Position numbers and translations under genes: made by a program. Below the pieces are notes generated by a model, which ran no database searches, had not been told where the DNA came from, and saw nothing but the letters and a program-made list of their open reading frames with translations. From assembly GCA_030141605.1 (NCBI GenBank), contig JAQGDQ010000021.1, forward strand, positions 372,001 to 436,000: a DNA stretch of 64,000 nucleotides, written 5' to 3'. Below are positions 14,019 to 26,384 of the stretch, in pieces. Source of the DNA: Tubiluchus corallicola. Its lineage: Eukaryota; Animalia; Priapulida. The first letter of the stretch is position 1. The number at the start of each line of letters is the position of its first letter.

Positions 14019-14676
14019 AGTTTTTACAACATTGCGTAAGGGTTATTACCTCAATTTACCTGCATCTTGTACGAGCGTCGAGTGTAACAAAAACGCGTAC
14101 TTACGCTTATCAATTTTTTTACTCATTTATTATTTTCTTTTTTTAATATGCTCTATTCACTGCTATTTCTAACATGTATGCTTAGGGGCAGCGTTCAAAC
14201 GATATGTTATCATCAAATTAAAATGCGGCAACTATGTAGCCTGGCTTTGCCTGTTGCGTATGCTTGATCAAAAGTACAAGGATCAAGCAAGTTTATCACA
14301 GCCTATTCAGTATTCCACCAAAAAGCGCTAAATTCCCGATACCAAATTATATATGGCCGACTATTGTAACTATTATTACCATAGTAAGACATGTAGTACG
14401 TTTGTCTTTTACTCGTTAGACTCGCAAATAATATCCAATGCATAATATTAATAGAATTATCTATGTTGTACCTATGATGTTTTAAAATGTTCTAAATAAT
14501 TTCGCTATATGTTGCATTAACAATATTATATGCTTGCATTATAAAATCCTTATCACAGAAAATGCGCATTCAGTACCAGAAGTAATAGGCATCTGTAGTA
14601 ATGGGTTTTCATGTGCTGTCCTCTATTTTCGTTACAGTGTTTTGCTAACTTTTAACGCGACCTAAATGTTAGGTAA

Positions 14677-15747
14677 TCATTGCTCATCTTCTGATGACTG
14701 GTATAGCGATTCTTTCCCCAATTCCCTTCGAATTTCAGTGCAGTCGCTGCTAACCGCATCATCAAATGTTTCTTTACTACCATTCATGAATTTCCCTTCG
14801 CTAACTGCAACTCCATCATTGCCATCAGTTTCTTCACCATCAGATACAGATGTTGCAGAATGTCTGCTACTAGACCGGGATCTAATGGAGAACATCCGAT
14901 TTTCGTCATCGTCATTGTCATTGTCAGGTTCATCAAGGCTGGCATGGCTGTTGCTATTTGGTTCTACATTTTGAATATGTGGTTTTTGTGTGCTCATGTC
15001 AGGACTCCTGACATGAATTGCACTATGTGACCTCTGCGAGTTTTCATTATTCAGCCGGCTGTGAGATGCAACACAAGATTTACTGTCTCTATGAGAATTA
15101 GCCTGCTGTAAAGACATGTTTTGCAGTAACATCTCATCTTCTACTACAGCATCATCAAAAAATTTTCGTTGATCATCTCCTTGCCCTTTCATATCTCTAC
15201 TATCATTTTTAACATATGCGTTATTCTCTGCCTTATTTTCCCTCGCAGAATTCTTGCCCATTTCTTTCTTTTTGTTCATGTTTTCTAGCCGTAACTGTGC
15301 AGCACGGTTGGGTCTCGCATTCATTGTTTTCCTCGGATGAACTTTTGTGCGAGTATTGCCGCTTTCAGCAATGTGCTCAGCATCTACTGAATTGTTTTCA
15401 TTCTTATAATTTACTATTGTTTCATGTTGGTTTGAATCTTTTTTTGTGTTTTGCTCATTTTCTTGTTGTTTGCCATTATTAAGCTTACTTCTTTTTTCCT
15501 GATTTTGTGTTTCATTTTGCGAAGCGTTAGATAAATGTTGTTCTTTATCTTCCTGGTGTTGCTGTTGCCGTTGTTGGTGGTGGTTAGACAGCTGTGTCTG
15601 CTTTCGTAGTTGTTGCTGTTGCTGTTGGTGGTTAAACAGATGTGTCTGCTTTCGTAGTTGTTGCTGTTGTTGTTGTTGATTAGACAGCTGCGTCTGCTTT
15701 TGTTGTTGCTGTTGTTGTTGTTGGTTAGGCAGCTGTGTCTGCTTTTG

Positions 15748-15778
<31 letters not shown>

Positions 15779-18700
15779 TGTTGCTGCATTCGCGGTTGCT
15801 GATGCTCTTTTTTGAGTTTACTTGATGTATCAGGTAACGTTTTTCGATTTAACAGAGCCTTATTGTTATACGGTCTGTAGTTGATGTCGTCATACGCTAC
15901 TATGTTATCATTTTTTTCCGTGTCTGAATCTCCACTTTCACGGTATGTTATATCATGTCGTGCTTTGCTGCTTGACGGATTTTTTGCCACCGTTTTCTCG
16001 GTCGATGAGGGATTGTCCCGTAAGCTGTCTTGAGATTGTTGGAAACCTGCAGAAGACACGGGCTCTGATTTTTGGAATACAACGCTGTCCTGGTCATTTG
16101 TTTGCAGAGAAGTTTTACGTTGCCCGGGAATTCTTCTCTTTTCTGAATAAAGGGCTGCCAAGTTCCTCTGTTCGTGCTTGATGAAGTACTCCTCCTGCAA
16201 GACCTAAAGAAAATTATTAGCACGCAGGGGCAATAATTAGTATACTATATGCAATATTTCTTGGTTTTAGTTATGAATCAGCATAATGCTGCGCTACTAC
16301 AACACAAGGCATATTGCAATATTTCTAAAAGGCAATGGGAAAATTTGACACGAATAGAATAAGACTAGACCTTTCTATTAAGTATCTTTCGTCGCCAAAA
16401 GACGTACTAACGCAGTTTTTTGTGATTGCAAGTAGGTATGCACTAACCCAAGTAGTAAGGTACAGCATAGGAATATAAAATCTAAACCTGCTCTAATTAA
16501 TTAATGAGTTGTTATAATTTTTTTTGGTTTGAACCAAGGAAACGAAACTAATGTTCCTACCAAATTTCAACGCATTTGGATACATACTTTTGGAGTCGAA
16601 AAAGTTTGACGGATAGAATGATGAATCACAGATTTTTTCTAGAATCTAAACTGACGCTCGGGGCCTTTGTCAAGTTAGAATCGTTGTAAGTAACAATCGC
16701 CCTAGTGTGAATGATCTAACACTGAAAATGCTGCATTTCGTTGACCAGCTGTAAGAAGTGAACGTTGGATTACTTTGAACACTGGGAGATGCAATGGCCT
16801 AGTGGTTGAGGCGTTTTTAATGTAAGCAGAAGGTCAGGTCAAATCCAAGCTACATCCCAACTTGCTCACATTTCCTGTCTTTCAATTTCGGTATCAAAAT
16901 TTAATTAAGTAGATTAGAGTGTTATCATGTGAATGAAAAACTTCGTTTTATAGAAAGTAAGCTTAAAACAAGTTTCTGTATGAGTACAAGTGCGCTAACG
17001 TACACTTAACTGGATTTTGATTAACAGCCTTCTCAAGCAGCAATAAAATTCCAAAATTTTCATTTGATTGCGATTGCGATTTACTTTGAGTACGCCATAT
17101 GAATAATCGTTCATAATTAATTTTTTTTGAAGAACAGGAAGGTTTTATCGTTTATTCATATTAAGTGTTCAGCTTAAGTTGACACTGTAAATTTGGCCAA
17201 ATTAAGATGAATAACTATTACTTTATACGACTGTCTATTTGGTTTGTGGTCGGATATGACTGCTTTTGATGGTGCCTCGATATGACCAAGCGTCCCATAC
17301 TTGGTTTGGCACACGGTTTAAGGCACACGGTTAAAGTCCTGCAGAATTGATCTTGAGAACGTCCCAGTAATGAAAGAACAGTAGGCCAACTACATGCTAG
17401 TCGAGATATCAGTCTTTTTGTACCTCGAATATGCAAGGTTCCATCACAGATTTATTTCCCTTTTTAAGTTAAAATCGTTATTGCAACAATTCTAACAACA
17501 ATAAAAATTATTTTATAATGCTTCAGTCTTTTTCAACTGGCGAACTTAAAAACGCAAATTTACACGCATGCTGCTTAGTTGCTCTTCACAAGGTCTATGC
17601 TAAAATGAATTTCTGGCATAAAATGTTAAAAAGAGCAATCAAATTTTGCAAGGTGCTTGGAGCTATAAGGGTACTGTTTCCTTGAAACTTTTGAAGAAAT
17701 GCTACTAGCTACTTTTATGGATACTTTTGTAAATTTTTCGAACAGCATTTGCGTAAAGCCCTAGATAGATAGCTTCCCTGACAAACAAGTAAACAAGTTC
17801 GGTTCAAATTATTGGTCGATGGACTCGTTGAATTCAAGATCGTGAATTAAAAATGACGTCAGTCCCGCCATTTTGAATTAGAGAAAATTGAAGACTCCAC
17901 CAATCAATGCAGAATTCGTTCTAGTATTCATGTGGGGTTTCATGACGATCCGTTGCGAATGAGTGGAGCCTTAAGCTTTTCTCTAGGTTGACGTTATTGC
18001 TGTAATCTAAAATTCGAGATGGCAGATGAGAAGTCCCAGTCTGTCAGTCGAAATGGAATTCCTTCTAGTATAGTCCAATAAAGTTTCATGACAATCTGTG
18101 CTATGAGCCTTACGTTCTTTCAAAAATGGTGTATTGAAAATCCGGCTCCATCAAAACTTGCGCAATTCATTTTATTATGTAGCATATTGCTATAAAGTTT
18201 CATGATAATCCATGGCCAATTGGTCTTCGGGTTTTCTCGAAAATCACGTTATGGCCGCTGTCTTAAATGCAGTAAGACATGGAAAATCCGACTCGGTCAG
18301 TCGATGCAAAGCCAATTCTACTACATTCTTTTAAAGTTTCATGACAATCCATTGCAAATTGGAGGAACCTTAGGTTTTTTTCGAAAAATATGTTATCGCC
18401 GCCATTTTGAATTAAGATGGTAAATCAAATATCCGACTCGATTAATCGATGCAGAATTTATTCTAGTTTATTTGTATGAAGAAACATGCGATGCGTGGCG
18501 ATTTCATGGAGCCATGGGTTTTCAAAAGGTCATCCCCAACAACAAGAGCAACATCTAGATGAGTAGCGATTTGGGTTGAGTCCCTCGCCCAAAAACTTAC
18601 AAGACACTAACTTTGCATAACCTACAATAGATCTAGAGTTGGTAATAAAACATTTTAAGAAGAATGTCTATAGAAGTATACAATAAATTATCTTTCATAA

Positions 18701-19157
18701 TTTATGTATTAGTAGTCTATACTGATAGACTTACTCTTACTTTGCGTACATTTTGTTCGTCTTGTTTTTCCTGAGCAATGATCATCAGAACCTTCTCTTG
18801 GTTTAAAATTCTAGCTTTGGCTTCTTCAACGTCCCTCTTAGTATCCTCTTTAAGTATGTCTTTAGCAGTAGGCCTGTGTGGAGGCGCATTTGCGAGAGTG
18901 TTATCCGGAACCATTAGTTTGTTTTTCATAACTTTCAGCTTTTGCCTTCGCACTTCTCTAAGTTTTTCTAAATTTGGCGGTGGCATGTCATCGTCGTCTT
19001 CATCTTTTGAGCTCTTTTGTGTTTTGTTAGTCGATCGTTTCTGCTGTGGTACTGGTCGCCCTTTGACTTTGTTCTTATCATTGCCAAATTGATCAACGGG
19101 AACAAGTCCTGGCAGCTCTTTCTTCCTTATGTGTCCAATAGACCCTCGTTGAGCCAT
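14677..19157 (-). CDS. Uncharacterised low-complexity Q/N/K/E-rich protein with polyQ repeat block, 2 coding exons, about 647 aa
   Basis: Exon 18741-19157 (ATG preceded by in-frame TAG; phase-0 GTAAGA donor) joins in frame to exon 14677-16203 (TCTTTAG acceptor, phase 0, long open frame), 1944 nt total. Probable non-coding upstream exon with donor at 20062/20063 and acceptor at 19216/19217. No recognisable domain. Confidence 0.8.
16784..16860 (+). mobile_element. tRNA-derived SINE-like head (degenerate)
   Basis: A-box-like TGGCCTAGTGG followed about 35 bp later by B-box-like GGTCAAATCC; no complete cloverleaf. Confidence 0.5.
17783..18595. repeat. Degenerate tandem array (unit about 115-145 bp, 4-5 copies), possibly the internal array of a non-autonomous Helentron/HINE-like element
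   Basis: GTTTCATGAyrATC recurs at about 17937, 18083, 18197 and 18335; CGCCATTTTGAATTA recurs at about 17866 and 18400. The element class is inference. Confidence 0.6.
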
Positions 19158-20272
19158 ATTATCAAAAGTCCGAGTAATTTGATTTGTGTGCTTCTAAGAA
19201 TCTTTGGTAGTAGTTTCTGAAAGAACAGAAAATCATTGCTCTACGTGCAAATACGAATGTAGAGCTATTAAAACTGAAAGCCGTTAAATCTCAAACATCT
19301 ATAATAACTAATAATACGTTTTTCTGGTTGCAGGGTGTTTGTGAAGAAACCCCTACCAAGGAAATAAATTCTAATTCTCGGCAAATTTGGCTTTGAAAAT
19401 TGAGAATCGTTTTGAGCAAATCTTGGTTAATTTCTTGATTTCTTTCACACAAAATGAACAAGCCTGTAGTTGCCATAAAAATCACAATTCTTTCTCAGGA
19501 CGTATCTTTAGTAGCAGTGGCCCAAAACTTTATAAATTAAAGACATTTATTAATTGCCAAACCGAAGTACTGCTCTCAATAGACACGCTACAACATAACT
19601 TTGTTATTAAACTGCATACACAAATCATCCATAATTCAAGGAAAAATATGTAACGATTCTATAAACCCGTAATATACCAATACTATGCTCTAATCACCTA
19701 TAATGCACGAGCAAAGAGTTCGATTTAAAGAACGATTTAATAGCAATACTAATAGCAATTTATCAGCCTCAAATTCATAAAATACTCTGTAGCTTTACTC
19801 TCATTATTAGATGAGAAGTGTGAATAAAAAGGGCAATGAGCAAGTTTAAAAGCTATACACTACAATAAAACTAGAAGCATTGGTGAACAACACACAAGGC
19901 ATTCTACGTATAAAGTTTGAGGCATAATCACAACCCATGTCCAATTTAAATTAAGTTGATTGAATGATTACAGTTAAAAGATTTTAGAAATAGAAAGGTT
20001 TGAGATCGAAAGATACTGACTCTGACTGCCATATGTGAATAAGTGTTACACTTATTACTTACCTGTGTGCGTAATTAAAATTCGTCTTCTGATACACAAA
20101 TATTATAAGTTTACTGCAGAATTACAGCTAACGAAAAGTGGCTTTATTTCATATAATTCATATGATTCACATATTTCATATAGCTCTATACAACGAATCA
20201 CAACGTTGATATGGTTTCTTTCTGCAACAGATATTTTACGAGTAATGTCTCAGCTTCCGAGGCATCTCGACA

Positions 20273-20286
20273 GTTGCTGAGGCAAC
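20273..20286. promoter_or_regulatory. RFX X-box-like motif GTTGCTGAGGCAAC upstream of the polyQ gene
   Basis: Near-palindromic match to GTTGCCATGGCAAC. A second related site GTTGCTAAGGCACAC is at 20341 and a CRE TGACGTCA at 20671. Confidence 0.45.
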
Positions 20287-22566
20287 GCAATAACAGCGTC
20301 CTACCATCTATACAGAACCGTTCGTACTTAATATTTAATTGTTGCTAAGGCACACTTATAAATTAAATGAAAATTAATTAACCCTACAGTAATACAGCCA
20401 TAGATGACAAGTGTGTATGCAAGCACAGAGTCCCCATTAGTTCTTGGAAACGTAATGTATAAACGCCTTTTCAGTGAAATTTACTCACGGCTCCATTCAG
20501 AATTTATCTATGGAAACCTGTTGCTAAGTTTCTATTTAACTAGCTTTCTCAGCGTAATGCGTATCAGTTGGAGATAATGGAGCCAATAGTGCTGCTATTT
20601 TTGACACTCTGTAGTGAATTTTATTACTTTACTGTTTTCCACAGTGTATTCATGCTATAGCCTAACATGATGACGTCAATGTCGTTTACATAAATAGCAG
20701 CACGTTTGCGATGTATTGTCAATTTGCTTTCTGCGCATTATTTTCTTCCACTTTAAGGACTAAACTTTTATACGATGCGGGAAGGGGGGTAAGTGTAGGA
20801 TCCTGGCAAACCTGTACGAACAGTCGAATGTTTCGTAGGATATTGTGATGAAGTCCAAGTAATTTAAACTTTTCTGGGTACATGTGGCATGATTAATAGA
20901 GATTTTAGTAATTGTTGTATCGTCAAAAAGTGGATGACGTCCATGTACTGTGTATTCCACTTGACTCCACTCCAATCTAGTTTTGTAGTGACGTGATTTG
21001 ATTCTGATAATGTAACTGGTTACCAAGCAACCTGTTTTACTATTCTCTGTGTTTATCTTACTTGCACTGAACGTTTTTCTGCCCTCCTTTACGAAGCATC
21101 AAATTCCTTTCATTTCATGCCTTTTCACCTATATATTTGTCGCAAAATCAACGTCACTTTATTTCACTAGGACTTTGTTCTGTCTTAATCTGTTTCACAT
21201 CACTCCACCTACTCCACCCAATCCACTTCACTTAGGTTACCTTCATTCAAATCCATTCATTTTCATGTTGTTCCATTCCAACGCCGTTTCATCAAGACCT
21301 CTCAGCGCTAATTCATAGTTTCCGCCATTCTGTGCTGGCCTTGTCAGCTCCTCATGCACAATTTCACAGTTATTTGATTTTACACTATTAAATCTACTGC
21401 ATTCTAATTCCCTCAAGTCCATTAAGTGGATTTTACATTTTCGACTTGCATTATATTACTCGACCAGTCTTGCCTTTATTCATTTGATTTATCTCTATAG
21501 AACTCCAGCGAATCTGCTTTGTTCTCTTTCAACACTGTTCCAGTCTAGATCACTATGGCTATTCTAGTCTTGTTTAACTAATTATTTTTACTCTATCTTT
21601 CTGTTTCAGTCTTACGTTCTCCAATCTATATTCTTTGATTTATTTAAATTTATGTATTCGTTTCAGTTTCTTCATACACGTTTATTCCTCAAAATTTCGT
21701 TTCAATGCTCATTCAGTTCATCAAGTTGTCGCTTTCACTTTCTCTCCTAAATTAGCCATTCCACATAAAATTAAATTACCGCGATTAAGCTATTCGTTAA
21801 AGGTCTAATAATAAACATTTTTAAACAGATTTAATAACGCTGTTTAATCACTGAGTAGATCTAAACATAAAATTTTCAAAAAAAATCGCCTATAGATTTA
21901 AAGGCCAAAAGTTACCTAAAGGTTGTAAATTTAATGTCCATAGCGGCACATTCGTTGCCCACAATACGATCACGGCACTGCATAAGGGTAAGCACAAAAC
22001 ATGACAATTATTTATTGCACGGTTGCATAATTTATTGTAACTGTACTTTGTGGCATCGATTACTCATTTATCATTACTAGCTTATTTAGCATAACCGCAA
22101 TTATTGACAATACTGAATCCATAAGACCAATTAACGTCAAACACATTGGTCTATCGGTCCGCCTCCACTGTAACGTCAGCACGCTCAGCCGCATTGGGGA
22201 CAACAGCTCACGCTGGACAACTGTCTAAACTGTACTAAACTAAACAACATGACAGTCACAACTAATGTCTAATCAGCAGATAAACCGATTGCACTTTTTC
22301 ATAAACACAAATTTGCAGAGCAGCAGCTATTTTTATACGAAATTAACACTTCAAGCTGCAGCACCTAAACGTAGTAGACGCACTTTTCAGAAGACAGCCC
22401 GACAAACTCCGTGAAATAGGTTTCTGACGTCTAATCTACAGTGAACACGGAACTCCAGTGTTTAACTATTCGTAACTCGCTTCACGTTCCTATCGTTGAT
22501 TAACTGAACAGCAAAGTATGTTGTGGAAAGACTGGACACTACATGGATTTGCGCCGATTCTGGGAG

Positions 22567-25500
22567 TTACTCGAAGATATTCTCATCAGAATAAGATCTG
22601 GACAAAATCAGTTTCAGTCCAGCAGCTTTCTTTTTATCTAATTTTCCCGTGGATTCTCTCTCCACCTGTGCTGATTTCCAGATCTGTAATCTTCGTTTCA
22701 AGTCTTCATAGCTAACATCGTATATGTCAACTGGTGGAGTGTTATCCTCGTCACCTGCTAAAGTCTTGTCTCGTAGGGCATTGTTCTCTTTGTGAGGTAA
22801 CACGTTCTCGTTGTATTCTGCTATATCTTTGCAGCAGTCCAAAGCATCATCGAGTTTGACTGCTGATCTAGATGGATAACGCCAAGTGTTCTGATCAGGA
22901 AAGAAGACTGGCTCTACGTCCATGTTTGGACTATTGTCTCGATATTCATCTTCCACTGATACATCAGATCTACCATCTGAAACAAAATACTGATAAAAGA
23001 ATAATAAAAACGACGATGAAAAGGATAAAGCAACCATAACTTACAACATTATTTATCGCAAAGCATCTACGAATCACGAAGCAAAATATTTATGAAGTTA
23101 AATTAAACTACTAATACACAAATGTAAGTTTACAGGTCTGAAAGTCTGTTATTACAGTTCCAATCTGATTCCAAGCATTATGATTGCTGCGATTTCTTGA
23201 AATGAAATCTACTGCTTCCTTTCGGTTGCGTTTGCGTCAATTTCGCAAGTTTAGCAAATTCAGTTATAGGCGTTCCGATTTTTTTATGGCACCTGAGACT
23301 AAGATTATTTCTTTGAAATGTTGCAGAGGCAGTTGGCTCGTATGGAACGAATAATTGTAAGAGACTACCTTCTTCTGCAAACTCGTCGTTATCTGTAACG
23401 GAATCAAATTCATTGCGCATGACGTATTCAGGCTCACTTTGGAATCGTCGAGATTTTGGACGTCTGGGCCACGTTCCAACCACCCGCTGTGGCACTGATT
23501 CAGAGCGTTCAGCACTACATAAGAATTACATTATGAAAATATACGTACAGTACCGAAAAATAACGTAACTTATGCGTTGTATATATGCAAACACGGTTGT
23601 CAGAAATATATCAATACGTAATTGCATATCATACCTCTTAGATATAATGTCATCACTTGCATCATCACAGCTCACTGTGTAATTACGTTCCCTCTCACTT
23701 GTGCGCTTTAACATATGAATCGTGTCTTGAATTTTCAAAAAATGGCGCAGTATTTGTCTGTCCTGTGCCTGCATAATTCGCTGAGAATAATAAACAGAGT
23801 TTTTACTTTATGAAATTCATGCTTGTAGATAATACATTTTACAATATTATGTGCTCGAAATTTCACAAAAGTTTTGCATTGTGCTAGCGGTAACAAAAAA
23901 TTCTCATTTTATTTTGTTGCTGTTGCTGCTGTTGCTGCTACTTAACTAGGTCATTTGGTTAGGAAAAGGCAAATTGTTCTTATTCGAGTGAGCTAGGATA
24001 AGGATTAGAGATACGCTTTATCAGTAAAATTTCAGTTTCGGATATGAATCATGTGGCTGTCAACTCCTGGTCATAAACCCATATAGGATCTTATTTGTTG
24101 CTTTTGTGTTACATCTTTGTACAAGCCCCTGGTTCGAGTCGCTAGATAGTTGTGAATTGTCAATTGATTGAACAAGGGCAAATAAATGTTGTCTTTGTCT
24201 TTAATGTCGTATTTTATTATTTTTCGAGTTTTGAGTATACAAAGACAATGTCACTCACAGGAATATATAATAACGTGACTTCTGTGAGGAGATGCGACTG
24301 AGATATGACAAATAAACGTAAGACTAACGTAGAAATCTTGATTATGGTTAAAGGAAATCAGAAGATTTGCCATCCCAGAACTTGCACGGAAAGACAACTA
24401 ATAATTAGTGTAGCAATTAGTGCTTTAAAAATTAATTAGTGTATCAACGAACAGACCAGCCTAACGAATCCGACAACGAATTGTGTTAGGCCCACACACG
24501 ACAACGAATATTCTTGATTTGCAGTTTCCAATCATTAGTTTATTTAGTCATACATTTTGTTTTACTACTTGTACTAAGTAAGCAATAACTTTCAAAAAGC
24601 TCTGTTTAATGCATTCATACCAGTTCTTTTCTGAGGGTGTTAAGGGCTTCGTTTATTCGGTTTTTCCTGTTAATATAGTTATCATGACTGTCATCTATCA
24701 TCACAGCACCAGTGGCTTCTTTTTCTACCTCAAATGGTAATTCCAGTAATTTATTAAACTTGCATGGGTTGTGTAATGAACTTTTACGATGTGGCAATGT
24801 GGAAATACCTGTAACATTAAACACAAGTATAGGCAATGCGTATGCATTTTTACAAATGTCAGTTTCCACTAAATTCAATTCTAATGTTTAATGTCATCTA
24901 GTGATCATTTGTGTTGCACGTTGCCAGCTGTATAATGTCTATTCTAAGCTTCCAGTATTCAGAAATTTGTAATTACCTCAACAGCAAACTTTCAGGATAA
25001 GCAGAGGACAATTACCAGGAGACAGCAAGGCCATTAAAAATCATTATAATTTCAAAATAAGATGATTAAATCTATGTGCTTCCAAAATTTGTGTAGGTAA
25101 GAAAAGTTATGCCTCTAATTCGATTCAAGAAGAGGCGTTTCTGGAAGAAATTAAACAGTTGTAGTCAATTTATCACTTTCCATTCTGAAAAAGAACTTAT
25201 GTTGAACTCAAAAAGAAAAGGTTTTAGAGGCTTATTAAAATGATATGCCTACAAACTGAGCAACGACCTTTTTAAGTCTGGTTACACGTAACCTCATTTT
25301 TTCTGCATAGCCGCATTTAAAAAATGAATGTCAATAGTCCTTGTATTTTAAGATCTACAAATACAAGTTCAGTAGCCTACAAATAGGTAAGCCGTACAGA
25401 TACCACTTACTGTTTTGAGTGCTAAAGCAGTTAAAAGTTATAAAAACATCTACCCATTTAGCTGTTTTTAACTATCGTTGGTAACGACTATTTTTCCTGG

Positions 25501-26384
25501 CATAAATTTGTTTTCAGTTTTATGTTATATCAAGTTAACAGTTAAATAGGGTCTCCTGCATGACTGAGCAATATAGAACACAAACCTTTCAATAATCAGA
25601 TGTATTTTATATTTTCTTAATAGTAACCAAGTTAAAGCGTTCATAATTATTGTTAGGCCTACTGTATAATCTTTTTAATTGCCTTTCTGCAGTTGTTTCT
25701 TTAACCACGTCATTGTATACAGTTTAACTACGTATCTAGCAGGTATTGACCATAAGTGAGGATGATACTCAGTGAAGATGAAACGTTTTGCCTGCTTTTA
25801 ATTTAGTTGTGATTGTCGTTGTCATGCAACGATATGTGTAATGCATCAGCGGCTCTAGCAAATGGTTGGAAGAATACTGAAGAATATTTTTCCCGATTTT
25901 TGAAGCAATCAGTGAAACACAGAAAGGGCTTATATTACTAATAATGCAATAAACGGTCCATTATTTTAGTTCAGCAAAAAATAATCACTTCACGTGCTTA
26001 TGAGTCGTGAATGCCTGACTGGCTCGGGTTAGGCTTAGTGAATATTTTATTGAGACTCTAAAATCAGAAAATAGTTTTTGCACCTGAATGATCAGAATCG
26101 GTGAGACTCTTGATGTTCGTCAAACTCGTTTCGCTTCTTATCCTGCGCAGTTGTATGCGTCGATGTAGCATTCTAGAACAATCTTCGCTAATTCTCCTGG
26201 TCTTCTCTTCTGGCGTCCCAGACATGTCACTCAATTCCAGGTGTGCAGGAAGGGCCATCCGTTCCTTAGCGTCTAATTCGGGCGCACGACTTAAATCCGG
26301 GTAGTTTGCTAATTCAATGCAGTCAGTGGTAGCACTAAAACGAACCTTTGCACTTTTCGACTTTCTGACTGACATGTTAGCCAT
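22567..26384 (-). CDS. FAM167/AARD-like coiled-coil protein, with two alternative C-termini (323 or 396 aa)
   Basis: Exons 26084-26384 (ACCATGG start), 24621-24808, 23635-23780, then either 23178-23514 (stop) or 23369-23514 plus 22567-22976. All phases are compatible. The spliced segment RINEALNTLRKEL|RIMQAQDRQILRHFLKIQDTIHMLK resembles the FAM167/AARD core (AxxxLRxELxxMxxQDxxLxRxL). Confidence 0.8.

Noticed and set aside
16784-16860. Possible tRNA gene
   Set aside because: A/B-box-like motifs are present but no acceptor stem or full cloverleaf can be formed; treated as a SINE remnant.
14666-19220. Plus-strand ORFs 14666-14974, 15216-15482, 15945-16181, 18778-19092, 19017-19220
   Set aside because: Antisense shadows of the minus-strand polyQ gene exons, with no independent support.
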